Shown: positions 18,304 to 28,018 of the stretch, in pieces
Numbering within the stretch: position 1 is the first letter of the stretch
Layout: the number at the start of each line of letters is the position of its first letter
Virus record (IMG/VR): IMGVR_UViG_3300034106_001169
Strand: one strand, 5' to 3'
DNA length: 56,203 bases
Source of the DNA: a virus
Taxonomy: Duplodnaviria > Heunggongvirae > Uroviricota > Caudoviricetes
Program-made: the position numbers and the translations under genes
Notes under the pieces: generated by a model
Databases searched by the model: none
Told to the model about the DNA's origin: nothing
The model's input: the letters and a program-made list of their open reading frames with translations, nothing else

Positions 18304-19361
18304 GTTTTGAAGATTTAAAACGAGAAGTTCAAGCAGGCCTAGATGGTAGGAACAATGGTATACCTATGGGCTTTGAAAGATTGAACAGATATATAGGCAT
18401 CAGGAAATCTATGTACACACTGATTGGTGGCCTCACTGGTAGTGGTAAAACTAGCTTCTTAGATGATGCATATGTTTTAAATCCATTTGATTGGTTTATC
18501 AGTCAAAAGACTCCAGGTCTTAAGTTACGCATCATATATAGATCTATGGAGCGTAGTAGGACATATAAATATGCTAAATGGGTCTCAAGAAAGATATTCT
18601 TAGACCAAGGAGTTATTATACCTGTACCCAAGCTATTAGGTTGGACAGAGAAGATGACCAAAGATGAGCACGATCTATTCCTGATGTATGAAGATTACAT
18701 GGGACAGATGAAAGAAGTGATTACGCTTATTGATGGACCAGACAATCCAATTGGTGTATCAAAGCAAATCAGAGACCATGCATTAGCTCATGGTGTCATA
18801 GAAGAAGTGGATCAATACAATAAGAAATACATTCCAAATGATGAGAATGAAATAACTATTATTGTTGTTGACCATATAGGCTTATTGAAACCAACTAAAG
18901 ACTATCCTACAAAGAAGCAGACAATTGATAAGATGTCTGATGAGCTAAGATATGCTCGTGACATGTATGGATACAGTCCTGTAATTGTAAGCCAGTTTAA
19001 CAGGGACATTAATAATCCCATCAGGATTAAGAATGGTGATGTAGAACCACAGCTAGAAGACTTTGCTGAGAGTTCACAAACACAGAATGATGCTGACGTT
19101 GTCCTAGCATTGTTTGATCCCATGCGATATAAAGTAACAGACCCATCAGGGTATGACCTAAACAAACTTAGAGATGAGTTTGGTGCAAAGTATTTCAGAT
19201 CATTGAGACTAATAAAGAATAGTTATGGAGAAGATGATGTAAGAATAGGCTTAGGTTTTCTTGGCCAGGTTGGTATGTTCAAAGAACTACCTAAGGTCAA
19301 GTATATGAACGAGAGTGTATATAGTGATATTACTAGTAAAACATTCTTTTTAAATAAATGA
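18300..19361 (+). CDS. dnaB: DnaB-like (SF4) replicative helicase
   Basis: GGLTGSGKT (H1), YRSMERS (H1a), IVVDHIGLL (H2), VIVSQFNR (H3), ESSQTQNDADVVLAL (H4), IKNSYG. Confidence 0.88.
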   Translation: MSFEDLKREVQAGLDGRNNGIPMGFERLNRYIGIRKSMYTLIGGLTGSGKTSFLDDAYVLNPFDWFISQKTPGLKLRIIYRSMERSRTYKYAKWVSRKIFLDQGVIIPVPKLLGWTEKMTKDEHDLFLMYEDYMGQMKEVITLIDGPDNPIGVSKQIRDHALAHGVIEEVDQYNKKYIPNDENEITIIVVDHIGLLKPTKDYPTKKQTIDKMSDELRYARDMYGYSPVIVSQFNRDINNPIRIKNGDVEPQLEDFAESSQTQNDADVVLALFDPMRYKVTDPSGYDLNKLRDEFGAKYFRSLRLIKNSYGEDDVRIGLGFLGQVGMFKELPKVKYMNESVYSDITSKTFFLNK

Positions 19362-19564
19362 TAATGAGATTAAATGTAAAAACATATAACACACTACCTG
19401 CAAAGAACAGTCACTGGTGGCAAGTGGTGTTATTTCCTACAGTGAGTATAATGAACAATATACAGAAGAATGACCCATACGTGGCTATTAATATAGAATA
19501 TCTATTTTGGTCACTTACAATAATTATAAGTTATGGCAATTCCAGTTCTTACGCTACGAGATAA
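19358..19564 (+). CDS. Small hypothetical protein
   Basis: ATGA coupling to the helicase stop. Confidence 0.55.
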   Translation: MIMRLNVKTYNTLPAKNSHWWQVVLFPTVSIMNNIQKNDPYVAINIEYLFWSLTIIISYGNSSSYATR

Positions 19565-20621
19565 GAGACAGAAAGAGTTTGCTGATGTATGGATTAATGG
19601 TGGCAAGTTTGGTATCCTTAATCTATGCCCTAGATTTGGTAAGATATTTACAACTATCAACATCCTAGAGAAATTAGATGATGACATCAACATCCTGATA
19701 GCATATCCTGATCTTAAGATTAAGAGTGCTTGGGAAGAGGATTTCAAGAAAAGGAAGTATAAGAATCAGAACATCACTTATACCACCCATTTGTCCATTA
19801 AAAAGCACACAGAAGGCTTTTACGACCTGGTTGTGCTTGATGAGATACATTTACTCTCTGAAGCACAAATAGAGGCTGTAAAGGAGCTAAAATGCACTCA
19901 GGTGCTAGGTCTAACAGGAACGTTAGCATCATATACAGAAGAAACATTAGGATTAGAGTTAAAACTACCAGTTTTAGCTACCTATTCCATAGATCAGGCA
20001 ATTAAAGAAGGTGTCATTACAGACTATGAAATCACAGTGGTGGGAGTACCACTTGATAACAAAAGAAAGAATGACTACAAGGGTAAATTGAAGACTGAGA
20101 AACAGCAATTTGACTCATATGGATGGGTGATAGACCAACTAGAAAGAAAGAGTCAAAATACAATGTTCTTAAGACTAGCTAGAATGAGAGTGATTCAGAA
20201 TAGTCTTGCTAAAATGGAGAAAACAAAAGCTCTATTGGCAAGACACAAAGATGAACGTGTGTTAGTGTTTTGTGGACTCACAAGTATAGCAGATGGCTTA
20301 GGAATTCCTGTATATCATAGCAAAGCAGGAGACAAAGATGTCTTTGAAGATTTTGCTAATGGTGATGGTAATCATTTAGCTGTTGTCAAGATAGGCAACA
20401 CTGGTGTTACATATAAACCTCTTAATAGGGTGATAATCAATTACTTTGATAGCAACGCAGAGAATCTCGCACAGAAGATTAACAGATGCATGGCTATGGA
20501 GTATAATACACCTGATAAGAAAGCACACATCTACATCGTGTGCACTGTAGAAGATGTAGAAAGAAAGTGGCTTAAGAAAGCACTAGAATTTTTTGATAAA
20601 GATAAAATTAAATACACATGA
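19533..20621 (+). CDS. Superfamily 2 (DEXH) helicase-like protein
   Basis: LRDKRQ (Q motif), CPRFGK (Walker A variant), VVLDEIH, GLTGT, RVLVFC. Confidence 0.8.
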   Translation: MAIPVLTLRDKRQKEFADVWINGGKFGILNLCPRFGKIFTTINILEKLDDDINILIAYPDLKIKSAWEEDFKKRKYKNQNITYTTHLSIKKHTEGFYDLVVLDEIHLLSEAQIEAVKELKCTQVLGLTGTLASYTEETLGLELKLPVLATYSIDQAIKEGVITDYEITVVGVPLDNKRKNDYKGKLKTEKQQFDSYGWVIDQLERKSQNTMFLRLARMRVIQNSLAKMEKTKALLARHKDERVLVFCGLTSIADGLGIPVYHSKAGDKDVFEDFANGDGNHLAVVKIGNTGVTYKPLNRVIINYFDSNAENLAQKINRCMAMEYNTPDKKAHIYIVCTVEDVERKWLKKALEFFDKDKIKYT

Positions 20622-20830
20622 AAATAGAATTAACAGAAGACATCAGCATTACAACTGGTACAATGTATTGCGTAAGAGTAGATGATTCATCTATTAAATG
20701 GTTTGCTCAAAAAGAGGTTGCAGAGAAGTTTTATAATGATATTATTTCTGACCCAAATATAATAAAACCTGTAAGAAATATTTTGAAATCTGAAGAAATT
20801 ACACTACCTTTGGAGGAAACAAATCAGTAA
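20618..20830 (+). CDS. Hypothetical protein
   Basis: ATGA coupling. Confidence 0.6.
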   Translation: MKIELTEDISITTGTMYCVRVDDSSIKWFAQKEVAEKFYNDIISDPNIIKPVRNILKSEEITLPLEETNQ

Positions 20831-20834
20831 AAAC

Positions 20835-21506
20835 ATGTCAAGTAAATTAATTGGAATTGTTGGTCAAACAGGGACTGGCAAATCAACATCAATCAAACAT
20901 TTGAATCCCAAAGAAACGTACATCATCAATGTTGCTAAGAAAGAATTACCTTTCAAAGGAGCAGAGAAGTTGTACAACACAGAAAGTAAGAATTACAAAG
21001 AAGTGGATGACGCTAATGAGATTACACGTCTATTAAGAACTATCTCTGAAAAAGCACCACACATTAAAAACGTTATCATTGAAGACTCTAATTACATTAT
21101 GGGCTTCAATATGTTAGCACGAGCTACAGAAGTTGGTTTTACCAAATTTACCATTATGGCTAAAGATATGGTAGAACTATTCAGAGAAGCTAGACGCTTA
21201 CGTGACGACATCAAAGTGTTCTATTTTACACACCCTGAGACTATTGAGGATGGTGGTGAGATTATAGGATACAAGATTAAGACAGCAGGTAAATTGATTG
21301 ACAATCAGATTGTATTAGAAGGATTGTTAACAGTTTGTTTGTACACGTTTGTAGAAGAAAGCAAAGATGGCACAGCCACATATAACTTTGTAACTAACAG
21401 ATTTAAAAAATATCCAGCAAAGAGTCCTGATGGAATGTTTGCAGAGATTAAAATACCAAATAACTTACAAGAAGTAGTCAATGCAATTGACGAATATTAC
21501 AATTAA
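20835..21506 (+). CDS. P-loop AAA-type ATPase (phage recombination/replication associated)
   Basis: IGIVGQTGTGKST, VIIEDSNY, YFTHPE. Confidence 0.85.
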   Translation: MSSKLIGIVGQTGTGKSTSIKHLNPKETYIINVAKKELPFKGAEKLYNTESKNYKEVDDANEITRLLRTISEKAPHIKNVIIEDSNYIMGFNMLARATEVGFTKFTIMAKDMVELFREARRLRDDIKVFYFTHPETIEDGGEIIGYKIKTAGKLIDNQIVLEGLLTVCLYTFVEESKDGTATYNFVTNRFKKYPAKSPDGMFAEIKIPNNLQEVVNAIDEYYN

Positions 21507-21516
21507 AAAATAAGTT

Positions 21517-21825
21517 ATGAGTTTTATTATTGGAAAAAGTTGTGTTGATTGTATGGATACTGCATGTGCTAATGCGTGTCCAGTAGATTGTATACATGGA
21601 CCTATTAATATAGAGGGTTCAGGTAGCGAAGTTGAAAAAGATGGTAGAGCTGCATTTCCTGGTGGACAGTTATACATAAATCCAGATACTTGTATAAATT
21701 GTGGAGCATGTGTACCTGAGTGTCCTGTTTCTGCAATATATGAAGATGAGGATTTAGCCATTAAAGCAGGAGAAGAAGAATATGTTCATAAAAACTATGA
21801 GTTTTTTGGACTAAAATATAATTAG
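21517..21825 (+). CDS. Dicluster bacterial-type ferredoxin (4Fe-4S / 7Fe FdxA-like)
   Basis: CVDCMDTACANACPVDCI and INPDTCINCGACVPECPVSAI. Confidence 0.92.
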   Translation: MSFIIGKSCVDCMDTACANACPVDCIHGPINIEGSGSEVEKDGRAAFPGGQLYINPDTCINCGACVPECPVSAIYEDEDLAIKAGEEEYVHKNYEFFGLKYN

Positions 21826-21854
21826 TAATTAAATAATAAATAAATCAAGAAAAC

Positions 21855-22733
21855 ATGAGTAACATTGGAGGAGACAAAAGACAAAGCCCAGTATTTGAAG
21901 ACAAAGAGTTTGCCAAGAAGATTGGCTTATTCGAAGCAAGAGTGATTGCAGTTAATCCTACAACAGAAGAATATTCTGATGTATTAGGAAGACAATTAAA
22001 AGAAGATAGCAAAGCTACAGAGTACTTAGGTACTAGTAAAGATGGTAATGCTAGATTACGTTTAGACTTTTGGTTAGAAGAAGTTAAAACACAAGAGAAG
22101 TTTAAATTAAGTTTCTTTATTGAAAACAAAGAGAAGGAGAATAAAGATCAAACTAAGAAACAATATATTAATAACATTGGACGTTGTACATGGGCTGATA
22201 GTCCAAACAACTTACCACCATGGTTCAAAGAAAGAGAAAATCGTGTAGCATTTGTTGGTGAAGAAGACCTTTACAATTTCTTACGCTCTTGGTTAAGTAA
22301 CATTGACTTTAGCAGCAAGAAATCTACATTACAATTAGAATTCAACAAGTTGATTAAGGGTAATGTTAAGGAACTTAATGAGCAAATCAATGGTGAGTGG
22401 GCTACAAACATTGTAGCATTGGCAACTGTTAGTTCAAAAGAGACAGCAGATGGTGTAAAAGAATATCAAGCTATATATAACAAAGCATTCTTACCTCCAT
22501 ATAGTATTAAAGCATTTAGATTATTAGATTATAATAAAGCTGAAGCAATTAGTGCATTACGTCAAAAGTCACAGAAAGAATTAAAACCTCATGAGCGTTT
22601 TGTTTTGAATGTGGTTGGCGAATATGGCTGTAAAGATTTCTTTACATTCAAAGAGTTAAAAGATTACAACTCTGAAGACAATCTAGTAGCATCTGACAAG
22701 GTGATTGCAGATGATGACAGTGAATTTCTATAA
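21855..22733 (+). CDS. Putative single-stranded DNA-binding protein
   Basis: Between AAA ATPase and primase; aromatic beta-rich core (LRLDFWLEE) and an acidic tail ending DDDSEFL. Confidence 0.5.
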   Translation: MSNIGGDKRQSPVFEDKEFAKKIGLFEARVIAVNPTTEEYSDVLGRQLKEDSKATEYLGTSKDGNARLRLDFWLEEVKTQEKFKLSFFIENKEKENKDQTKKQYINNIGRCTWADSPNNLPPWFKERENRVAFVGEEDLYNFLRSWLSNIDFSSKKSTLQLEFNKLIKGNVKELNEQINGEWATNIVALATVSSKETADGVKEYQAIYNKAFLPPYSIKAFRLLDYNKAEAISALRQKSQKELKPHERFVLNVVGEYGCKDFFTFKELKDYNSEDNLVASDKVIADDDSEFL

Positions 22734-22756
22734 TGGGTCCCACCAAAATAAGAATT

Positions 22757-22780
22757 GGCCTCACTTTTGTGGGGCCTTTT
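22757..22780 (+). terminator. Intrinsic terminator
   Basis: ggcctcac-tttt-gtggggcc-tttt. Confidence 0.75.
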
Positions 22781-22795
22781 CATTAACTTTACATT

Positions 22796-23800
22796 ATGAT
22801 TAATGGAGTAAGAAAAACAAAACTATCCATAGAGGCTATTCTAAGCAGAATATCAGAGTATGACATCTTTAGATTTTACATGCCTAATCAAGATTGGAAG
22901 ATTAATAGAGTTACATATTCTCCATTTAGGCATGAGAACAATCCATCATTCATGATTGGTAATAAGATGGGCTATCTTCTATTTATAGATTATGCTGATA
23001 CTAGCAAACGTGGTGACTGTTTTAATTTTGTTCAGATGGTACATAATCTTCCTAATATGAGTGAAACTTTGCGTAAGATAGATAAAGACTTTGGTCTTGG
23101 TCTTTCTACAGGAGTGATGACAGAAGACTATAAGAGGATTATATCTGAATATAAACAGCCCCATCTAGAGAAGAGATATTCCCTAATTCAGGTCAAGGTT
23201 AGAAAGTTCACAAAAAGCGAACTAGACTATTGGGCAGAGTATCACCAGGATCTGCAAGACCTTAGAGATAACAATGTTTATTCTATTAAAGAGCTCTATC
23301 TTAACAAGCAAAGATTCCCATTAGGGGAGAATGAGCTTAGATTTGGGTACCTTTATGAAGGACAGTATTGGAAGATATATAGGCCATATGCTGATAAGAA
23401 GCATAAATGGATGCCTAATAATGTTCCTATCACAGCAATGGATGGTAAAGAGAATATCAAAGACTGCAGCGTAGCATTCATTAACAAGAGTAAGAAAGAC
23501 TTTATGGTGATGAAGAAGATATTCCCATGCAGCTGTGCTGTTCAGAATGAAGGACTTGGATGTTTCTCACATGAGAATGTAGAGTATCTAAAAGCAAACT
23601 CTGATAGACAAATCCTTAGCTTTGATGCTGATGATGTAGGTGTACAGAATTCTAAACAGATTACAGAGATGTTTGATTTTGAATATACTAACGTCCCACG
23701 TCAGTATCTAGCAGAAGGTATTAAAGATTGGGCAGATCTTGCAAAAGCCCATGGATTACAAGCAATAAAAGATTATTTAAAAAGTAAAAACCTGTTATAA
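22796..23800 (+). CDS. dnaG: DnaG-type primase
   Basis: Degenerate Zn-binding domain (YSPFRHENNPSF, GDCFNFV), Toprim KSKKD...QNE...SFDADDVG, KDWAD. Confidence 0.85.
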   Translation: MINGVRKTKLSIEAILSRISEYDIFRFYMPNQDWKINRVTYSPFRHENNPSFMIGNKMGYLLFIDYADTSKRGDCFNFVQMVHNLPNMSETLRKIDKDFGLGLSTGVMTEDYKRIISEYKQPHLEKRYSLIQVKVRKFTKSELDYWAEYHQDLQDLRDNNVYSIKELYLNKQRFPLGENELRFGYLYEGQYWKIYRPYADKKHKWMPNNVPITAMDGKENIKDCSVAFINKSKKDFMVMKKIFPCSCAVQNEGLGCFSHENVEYLKANSDRQILSFDADDVGVQNSKQITEMFDFEYTNVPRQYLAEGIKDWADLAKAHGLQAIKDYLKSKNLL

Positions 23801-24561
23801 TGGACACATTTAACACCACAAAGGAATTGATCACAAATGCATCAGTTCCTGTACAAACACGTACATATAAGCCAGTGAGTCATTCATCATTGATTGACCT
23901 TACACTAAACAGTATTGAGAAAGCAGGATTTATCCTAGACAAAGAAACTTATTCTGCAGCTAGAGATGGTAATGTTGCTAATGGTAGATTTTCTATCAGC
24001 AATGTTGCAGACAGCGAGATGCAGTTACAGATTGGTTGGCAGAATAGTTATGACAGAAGTATGAGCTTGAAGTTTGCTATTGGTACAAGAATTATGATAT
24101 GCTCTAATGGTTGTGTATCAGGAGACTTTGGTGCCTTTAAGAAAAGACATAAAGGTGACATACAAGACTTTACACCAGGTGCCATCGTTGATTACATCAA
24201 AGGTGCAGGTGAAGCATTTACTACTATGCAAAAGCAAAGAGAACAAATGAAACAAGTGCAAATAACTAAGCGTACCAAAGCTGAATTGGTTGGTAGAATG
24301 ATGCTAGAAGAACATTTCATTACATCTACACAATTAAGTATAATTGGTAAAGAGTTAAAAGCTCCTACACATGATTATAATGCTAAAGATAGCTTATGGG
24401 AGTTGTACAATTATACAACGTTTGCTATGAAAGAAACTCATCCTTCTCAATGGATGGAGAGTCACATCAAAGCACATAAGTTCTTCAATGATTATGTATA
24501 TGATCAATCAGCTCCATGGGAAGCAGAAGAAGCAACATTTAGTCAATTATCAATATTTTAA
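23800..24561 (+). CDS. DUF932-like phage protein
   Basis: TYKPVSH, GWQNSYDRSMSLKFAIGTRIMICSNG, SLWELYN. Confidence 0.7.
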   Translation: MDTFNTTKELITNASVPVQTRTYKPVSHSSLIDLTLNSIEKAGFILDKETYSAARDGNVANGRFSISNVADSEMQLQIGWQNSYDRSMSLKFAIGTRIMICSNGCVSGDFGAFKKRHKGDIQDFTPGAIVDYIKGAGEAFTTMQKQREQMKQVQITKRTKAELVGRMMLEEHFITSTQLSIIGKELKAPTHDYNAKDSLWELYNYTTFAMKETHPSQWMESHIKAHKFFNDYVYDQSAPWEAEEATFSQLSIF

Positions 24562-24562
24562 C

Positions 24563-25279
24563 ATGAATTGGGAGAAATTTAAAGATCATTTTCATCCTTC
24601 TTGGCATAGATTTATGCAACCTTTCATTGAAAGTGAAGCATGCGATAACATCTATAAATATCTCAAAGCTGAAAGTCAGAGGGGCAAGAAGATTGCTCCT
24701 CTCTCTCAGAATGTTTATAGATGCTTCTCTGAGACATCATATGATGACCTGAAGTTGGTTATGGTGGGCATGTGTCCATATCATTCTATAAAGAATGGAC
24801 AGTATGTAGCAGATGGCCTATTAATGGGCTGTTCTACAACAGGCATATTACAACCTTCTCTAATAAAGTTTTATGATGGTGTTGAAAAAGAGGTACACAA
24901 TGGATTATGTGTGACATGTGAAAGACCAGCAGATGTATCTTTCTTAGCACAACAAGGTGTATTGATGTATAACGCTGCTCTCACTACAGAGATTAATAAA
25001 GCAGGCTCTCACATTGATTTGTGGGAACCATTTACTAAATATCTATTTGAGGAAGTCTTAGCACCAACAGGAACACCTATATTGTTTCTAGGTAAAGATG
25101 CTTCTAAATATGAGAAATATGTGGCACCATTTACATGGCATTTCACATTGAGTCATCCAGCCAGTGCGTCTTATAAACAAACTGAATGGGACACAGAAGG
25201 AACATTTACAAAAATTAACAAAATATTAAAGGAAAACAACAATCTACAGATAGATTGGATGTTAGACACACCCTTTTAA
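24563..25279 (+). CDS. ung: Family 1 uracil-DNA glycosylase homologue with substituted catalytic loop
   Basis: KLVMVGMCPYH (canonical GQDPYH), ADGLLMG, QGVLMYNAALT, HIDLWEPFT, LFLGK, SHPAS. True start is ATG 24563 (MNWEKF). Confidence 0.8.
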   Translation: MNWEKFKDHFHPSWHRFMQPFIESEACDNIYKYLKAESQRGKKIAPLSQNVYRCFSETSYDDLKLVMVGMCPYHSIKNGQYVADGLLMGCSTTGILQPSLIKFYDGVEKEVHNGLCVTCERPADVSFLAQQGVLMYNAALTTEINKAGSHIDLWEPFTKYLFEEVLAPTGTPILFLGKDASKYEKYVAPFTWHFTLSHPASASYKQTEWDTEGTFTKINKILKENNNLQIDWMLDTPF

Positions 25280-25288
25280 AACACAATT

Positions 25289-25648
25289 ATGTATACAGTA
25301 AAAAATGGTGGAGATATCCACAAAGGTGATCTTGTAGCAATTAGTAATGGTAATGATTTTAGCTTAGGTATTTATTATGGTAGAGGTTTAGGTGGTACAT
25401 TTCAATATTTTCACCCTGGTTCTCCTGGAAACTCTAGAGATTGGCATGAGAATAGAATAAAGAGTCTAGGATCTGATAAGGTAAAACCTTTTGCATTAAA
25501 AAATGTAATGAAGAGTTTTATAAATACTCCAAGAGATACTAGAATTCTTAAGTTAAATAGAGATAACATTACAGATCAAGAAACAATAGACCAAATATTA
25601 GAAGCAAAAGAAATACTAAAAGAATTCAACATTACAGTAAACTACTAA
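25289..25648 (+). CDS. Hypothetical protein
   Basis: aaacacaatt leader; ORF fills the gap. Confidence 0.7.
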   Translation: MYTVKNGGDIHKGDLVAISNGNDFSLGIYYGRGLGGTFQYFHPGSPGNSRDWHENRIKSLGSDKVKPFALKNVMKSFINTPRDTRILKLNRDNITDQETIDQILEAKEILKEFNITVNY

Positions 25649-25652
25649 CACA

Positions 25653-28007
25653 ATGATTTTAGAAAAACAAACAGAATCACACATCCTTGAAGAAGGAAGT
25701 ACACAGGAAACTGTGAAAATGTCACTAGACTTAGATTCTGCTCAGGTCCTGATGCAGATGTTAAGTAAGAATCTATATTCAGATTCAGTAGGCTCTACTA
25801 TCAGAGAATGTGCATCCAATGCACTAGATAGTCATAGAAGAGCTGGGTGTGACAAGCCTATCATTGTTTCATTTAAGAGAAACATGCAGGCAGATACATT
25901 TGAATTTGCTGTTGAAGACTTTGGTATTGGTCTAGATGCAGATGATGTACGCAATATCATCAGCAAGTATGGTAAATCAACCAAGCGTAATAGCAATACA
26001 GAATTAGGTATGATGGGCTTAGGTTTTAAGGCACCTTTAGCATATAGTTCTAGCTTCTACTTTGTATGTAGAAAAGATAGTATGGAACGTAAATACATGA
26101 TGTATGAAGGAGATGATACAAACAGTATTGATCTTTTATATGAAAGGCCTACAACTGAGCCAAATGGTGTAAAGGTTATTGTCCCTGTTAAATATGAAAA
26201 TAGATATAGTTTTACTCAGAAGATCAAAGAACAACTAGCTTATTTTGAGAGTGTTTATTTTGATGTAGATAGCTCTTGGGGAAGAGTAGATAATGATTTT
26301 ACTATACACAGAGCTGAGCATTATCAATATTCTGATCTTGCTACTAATGGTCACATGCATTTGTGTTTAGATAATGTATCCTATCCAATTGACTGGGAGA
26401 AGCTTGGTATTGATAGAATTCCTATGAAACTAGCTTTACGTTTCAGTCTTAGTGATGGATTATTCCCTACACCAAATAGAGAAGCACTTAGATATACACA
26501 AGAAGCTAAAGAAACCATTCTTAAGAAGATAACTACAGTGGCTAATATCTTCATGGAGAAGTTCAATGAGTCTATCACAGATAGTGCTGATATCAAAGCT
26601 ATTATGGATTATTATGGTAATAATGATAAGTCTATTGATAGTTCTTTTATAGGACAATCAGGAAGAATTGATATAAGCTATTTACTTAAACACGCTACAA
26701 TTAGTAGTAAGCAGCCTAAATTAAAGGGTGCAGAATCATTAAACTTAAAGAGAATAGCTGAAATGTGTAAAGATTACATGTTAGCTGAGTATCAAGTGAA
26801 GTTTAGATACAATACCAATAGATTTAATAAGTCTACTAGTTATTGGACCACTAACTTAAGAGTGAATGATTTTTCAGGTGGTCATTTTGGTGGTGTATAT
26901 ATATTTAGTGATAGACTTAGTAAAGGTAAACAAGACTATCTAAGAAGTATATTGGGAGATAATCATAAAACATATTATTTTGTTAGAAAAGATAAACAAT
27001 TTAAGCTTGGATCTAAGACAGTTACAGATTGGGAAACTTATCATTCTATACTAGATTTGAAAAACCATCCAAAGACTCAATGGAGACAGATGATTAAAGA
27101 GTTTAGATATGTAATAGATATGTATTCTAAAAACTTTATTGATGTAGATGCTATTGATATACCACAAGCATTCATAGATGCTCAGAAAGCTAAAAGAATG
27201 AAAGTTCTAGCTAAGACTACCACTGTAAAGGGTATTAAGAAGGTTAGAATGAAAGGTGAATTCTCTGGTAAAAGAGGTGAATCAACACAACATACTCTAA
27301 CTGACCAATATTGTAAGTTTGTTCCTAATACGTACAAAATGGAGGACATCCATAAACTAAAGATGTTACATGTATATGCTAAGGAAGTTGATAAAAAGCA
27401 AATGGACAAAGCTTGGTCTTGTTTTAGCAAGCACGCAGCATTCATATTAGTTGCCCAAGCTACATTTGATAACTTACAGAAAGCAGATTTACATAACTGG
27501 ATAACATTAGATAAATTTATGGAAGGTAAAAATAGACCATTTAAGACAATAACTACAGCGTTCTTAATTGATGAGCTAATGACAAATCATAATGCTACAT
27601 TCAAAAGAATTAATGTAGTTAGAGATATATCTGCTGATTTAGCAGATAAATTACAGATATTGTATGATTATGATAACAATCACAATAGAAGCTATGCAGA
27701 TGCTACAACTAAAAAAGCAGTTATAGAACATGCTAAAGCAAACAACTTATTTGACCAGCCTATATATCTAGTGTATCAGCAAGTTAATGAGGTGCTTACT
27801 AAGCTAAAGTTCTTAGATGCTATATTAGATACAATGCATTATAGCAATTCTAAAAAGGATTCTCCTATGATGATAGCTATAGTTGATCTTTTCAAATATC
27901 ATAAGCACAGAGTGAATCTAGAGCATTATAAAATTACACTAACAGAAGATGCCCCTTTAGAGGAGGTGTTAACACAAGACACAATTGAAGAATTAGAAAC
28001 AATTTAA
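25653..28007 (+). CDS. rIIA: rIIA-like protein (N-terminal GHKL/HATPase domain)
   Basis: NLYSDSVGSTIRECASNALDSH, VEDFGIGLD, YGKSTKR, GMMGLGFKAP, NGVKV; adjacent rIIB-like gene. Confidence 0.85.
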   Translation: MILEKQTESHILEEGSTQETVKMSLDLDSAQVLMQMLSKNLYSDSVGSTIRECASNALDSHRRAGCDKPIIVSFKRNMQADTFEFAVEDFGIGLDADDVRNIISKYGKSTKRNSNTELGMMGLGFKAPLAYSSSFYFVCRKDSMERKYMMYEGDDTNSIDLLYERPTTEPNGVKVIVPVKYENRYSFTQKIKEQLAYFESVYFDVDSSWGRVDNDFTIHRAEHYQYSDLATNGHMHLCLDNVSYPIDWEKLGIDRIPMKLALRFSLSDGLFPTPNREALRYTQEAKETILKKITTVANIFMEKFNESITDSADIKAIMDYYGNNDKSIDSSFIGQSGRIDISYLLKHATISSKQPKLKGAESLNLKRIAEMCKDYMLAEYQVKFRYNTNRFNKSTSYWTTNLRVNDFSGGHFGGVYIFSDRLSKGKQDYLRSILGDNHKTYYFVRKDKQFKLGSKTVTDWETYHSILDLKNHPKTQWRQMIKEFRYVIDMYSKNFIDVDAIDIPQAFIDAQKAKRMKVLAKTTTVKGIKKVRMKGEFSGKRGESTQHTLTDQYCKFVPNTYKMEDIHKLKMLHVYAKEVDKKQMDKAWSCFSKHAAFILVAQATFDNLQKADLHNWITLDKFMEGKNRPFKTITTAFLIDELMTNHNATFKRINVVRDISADLADKLQILYDYDNNHNRSYADATTKKAVIEHAKANNLFDQPIYLVYQQVNEVLTKLKFLDAILDTMHYSNSKKDSPMMIAIVDLFKYHKHRVNLEHYKITLTEDAPLEEVLTQDTIEELETI

Positions 28008-28018
28008 AAAAACAAAAC

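Noticed and set aside
22796-23050. Primase lacking the Cys/His zinc ligands (SPFRHE instead of CPFH)
   Set aside because: Degenerate zinc-binding domains are, to my knowledge, common in Bacteroidota phage primases, so it is not distinctive.
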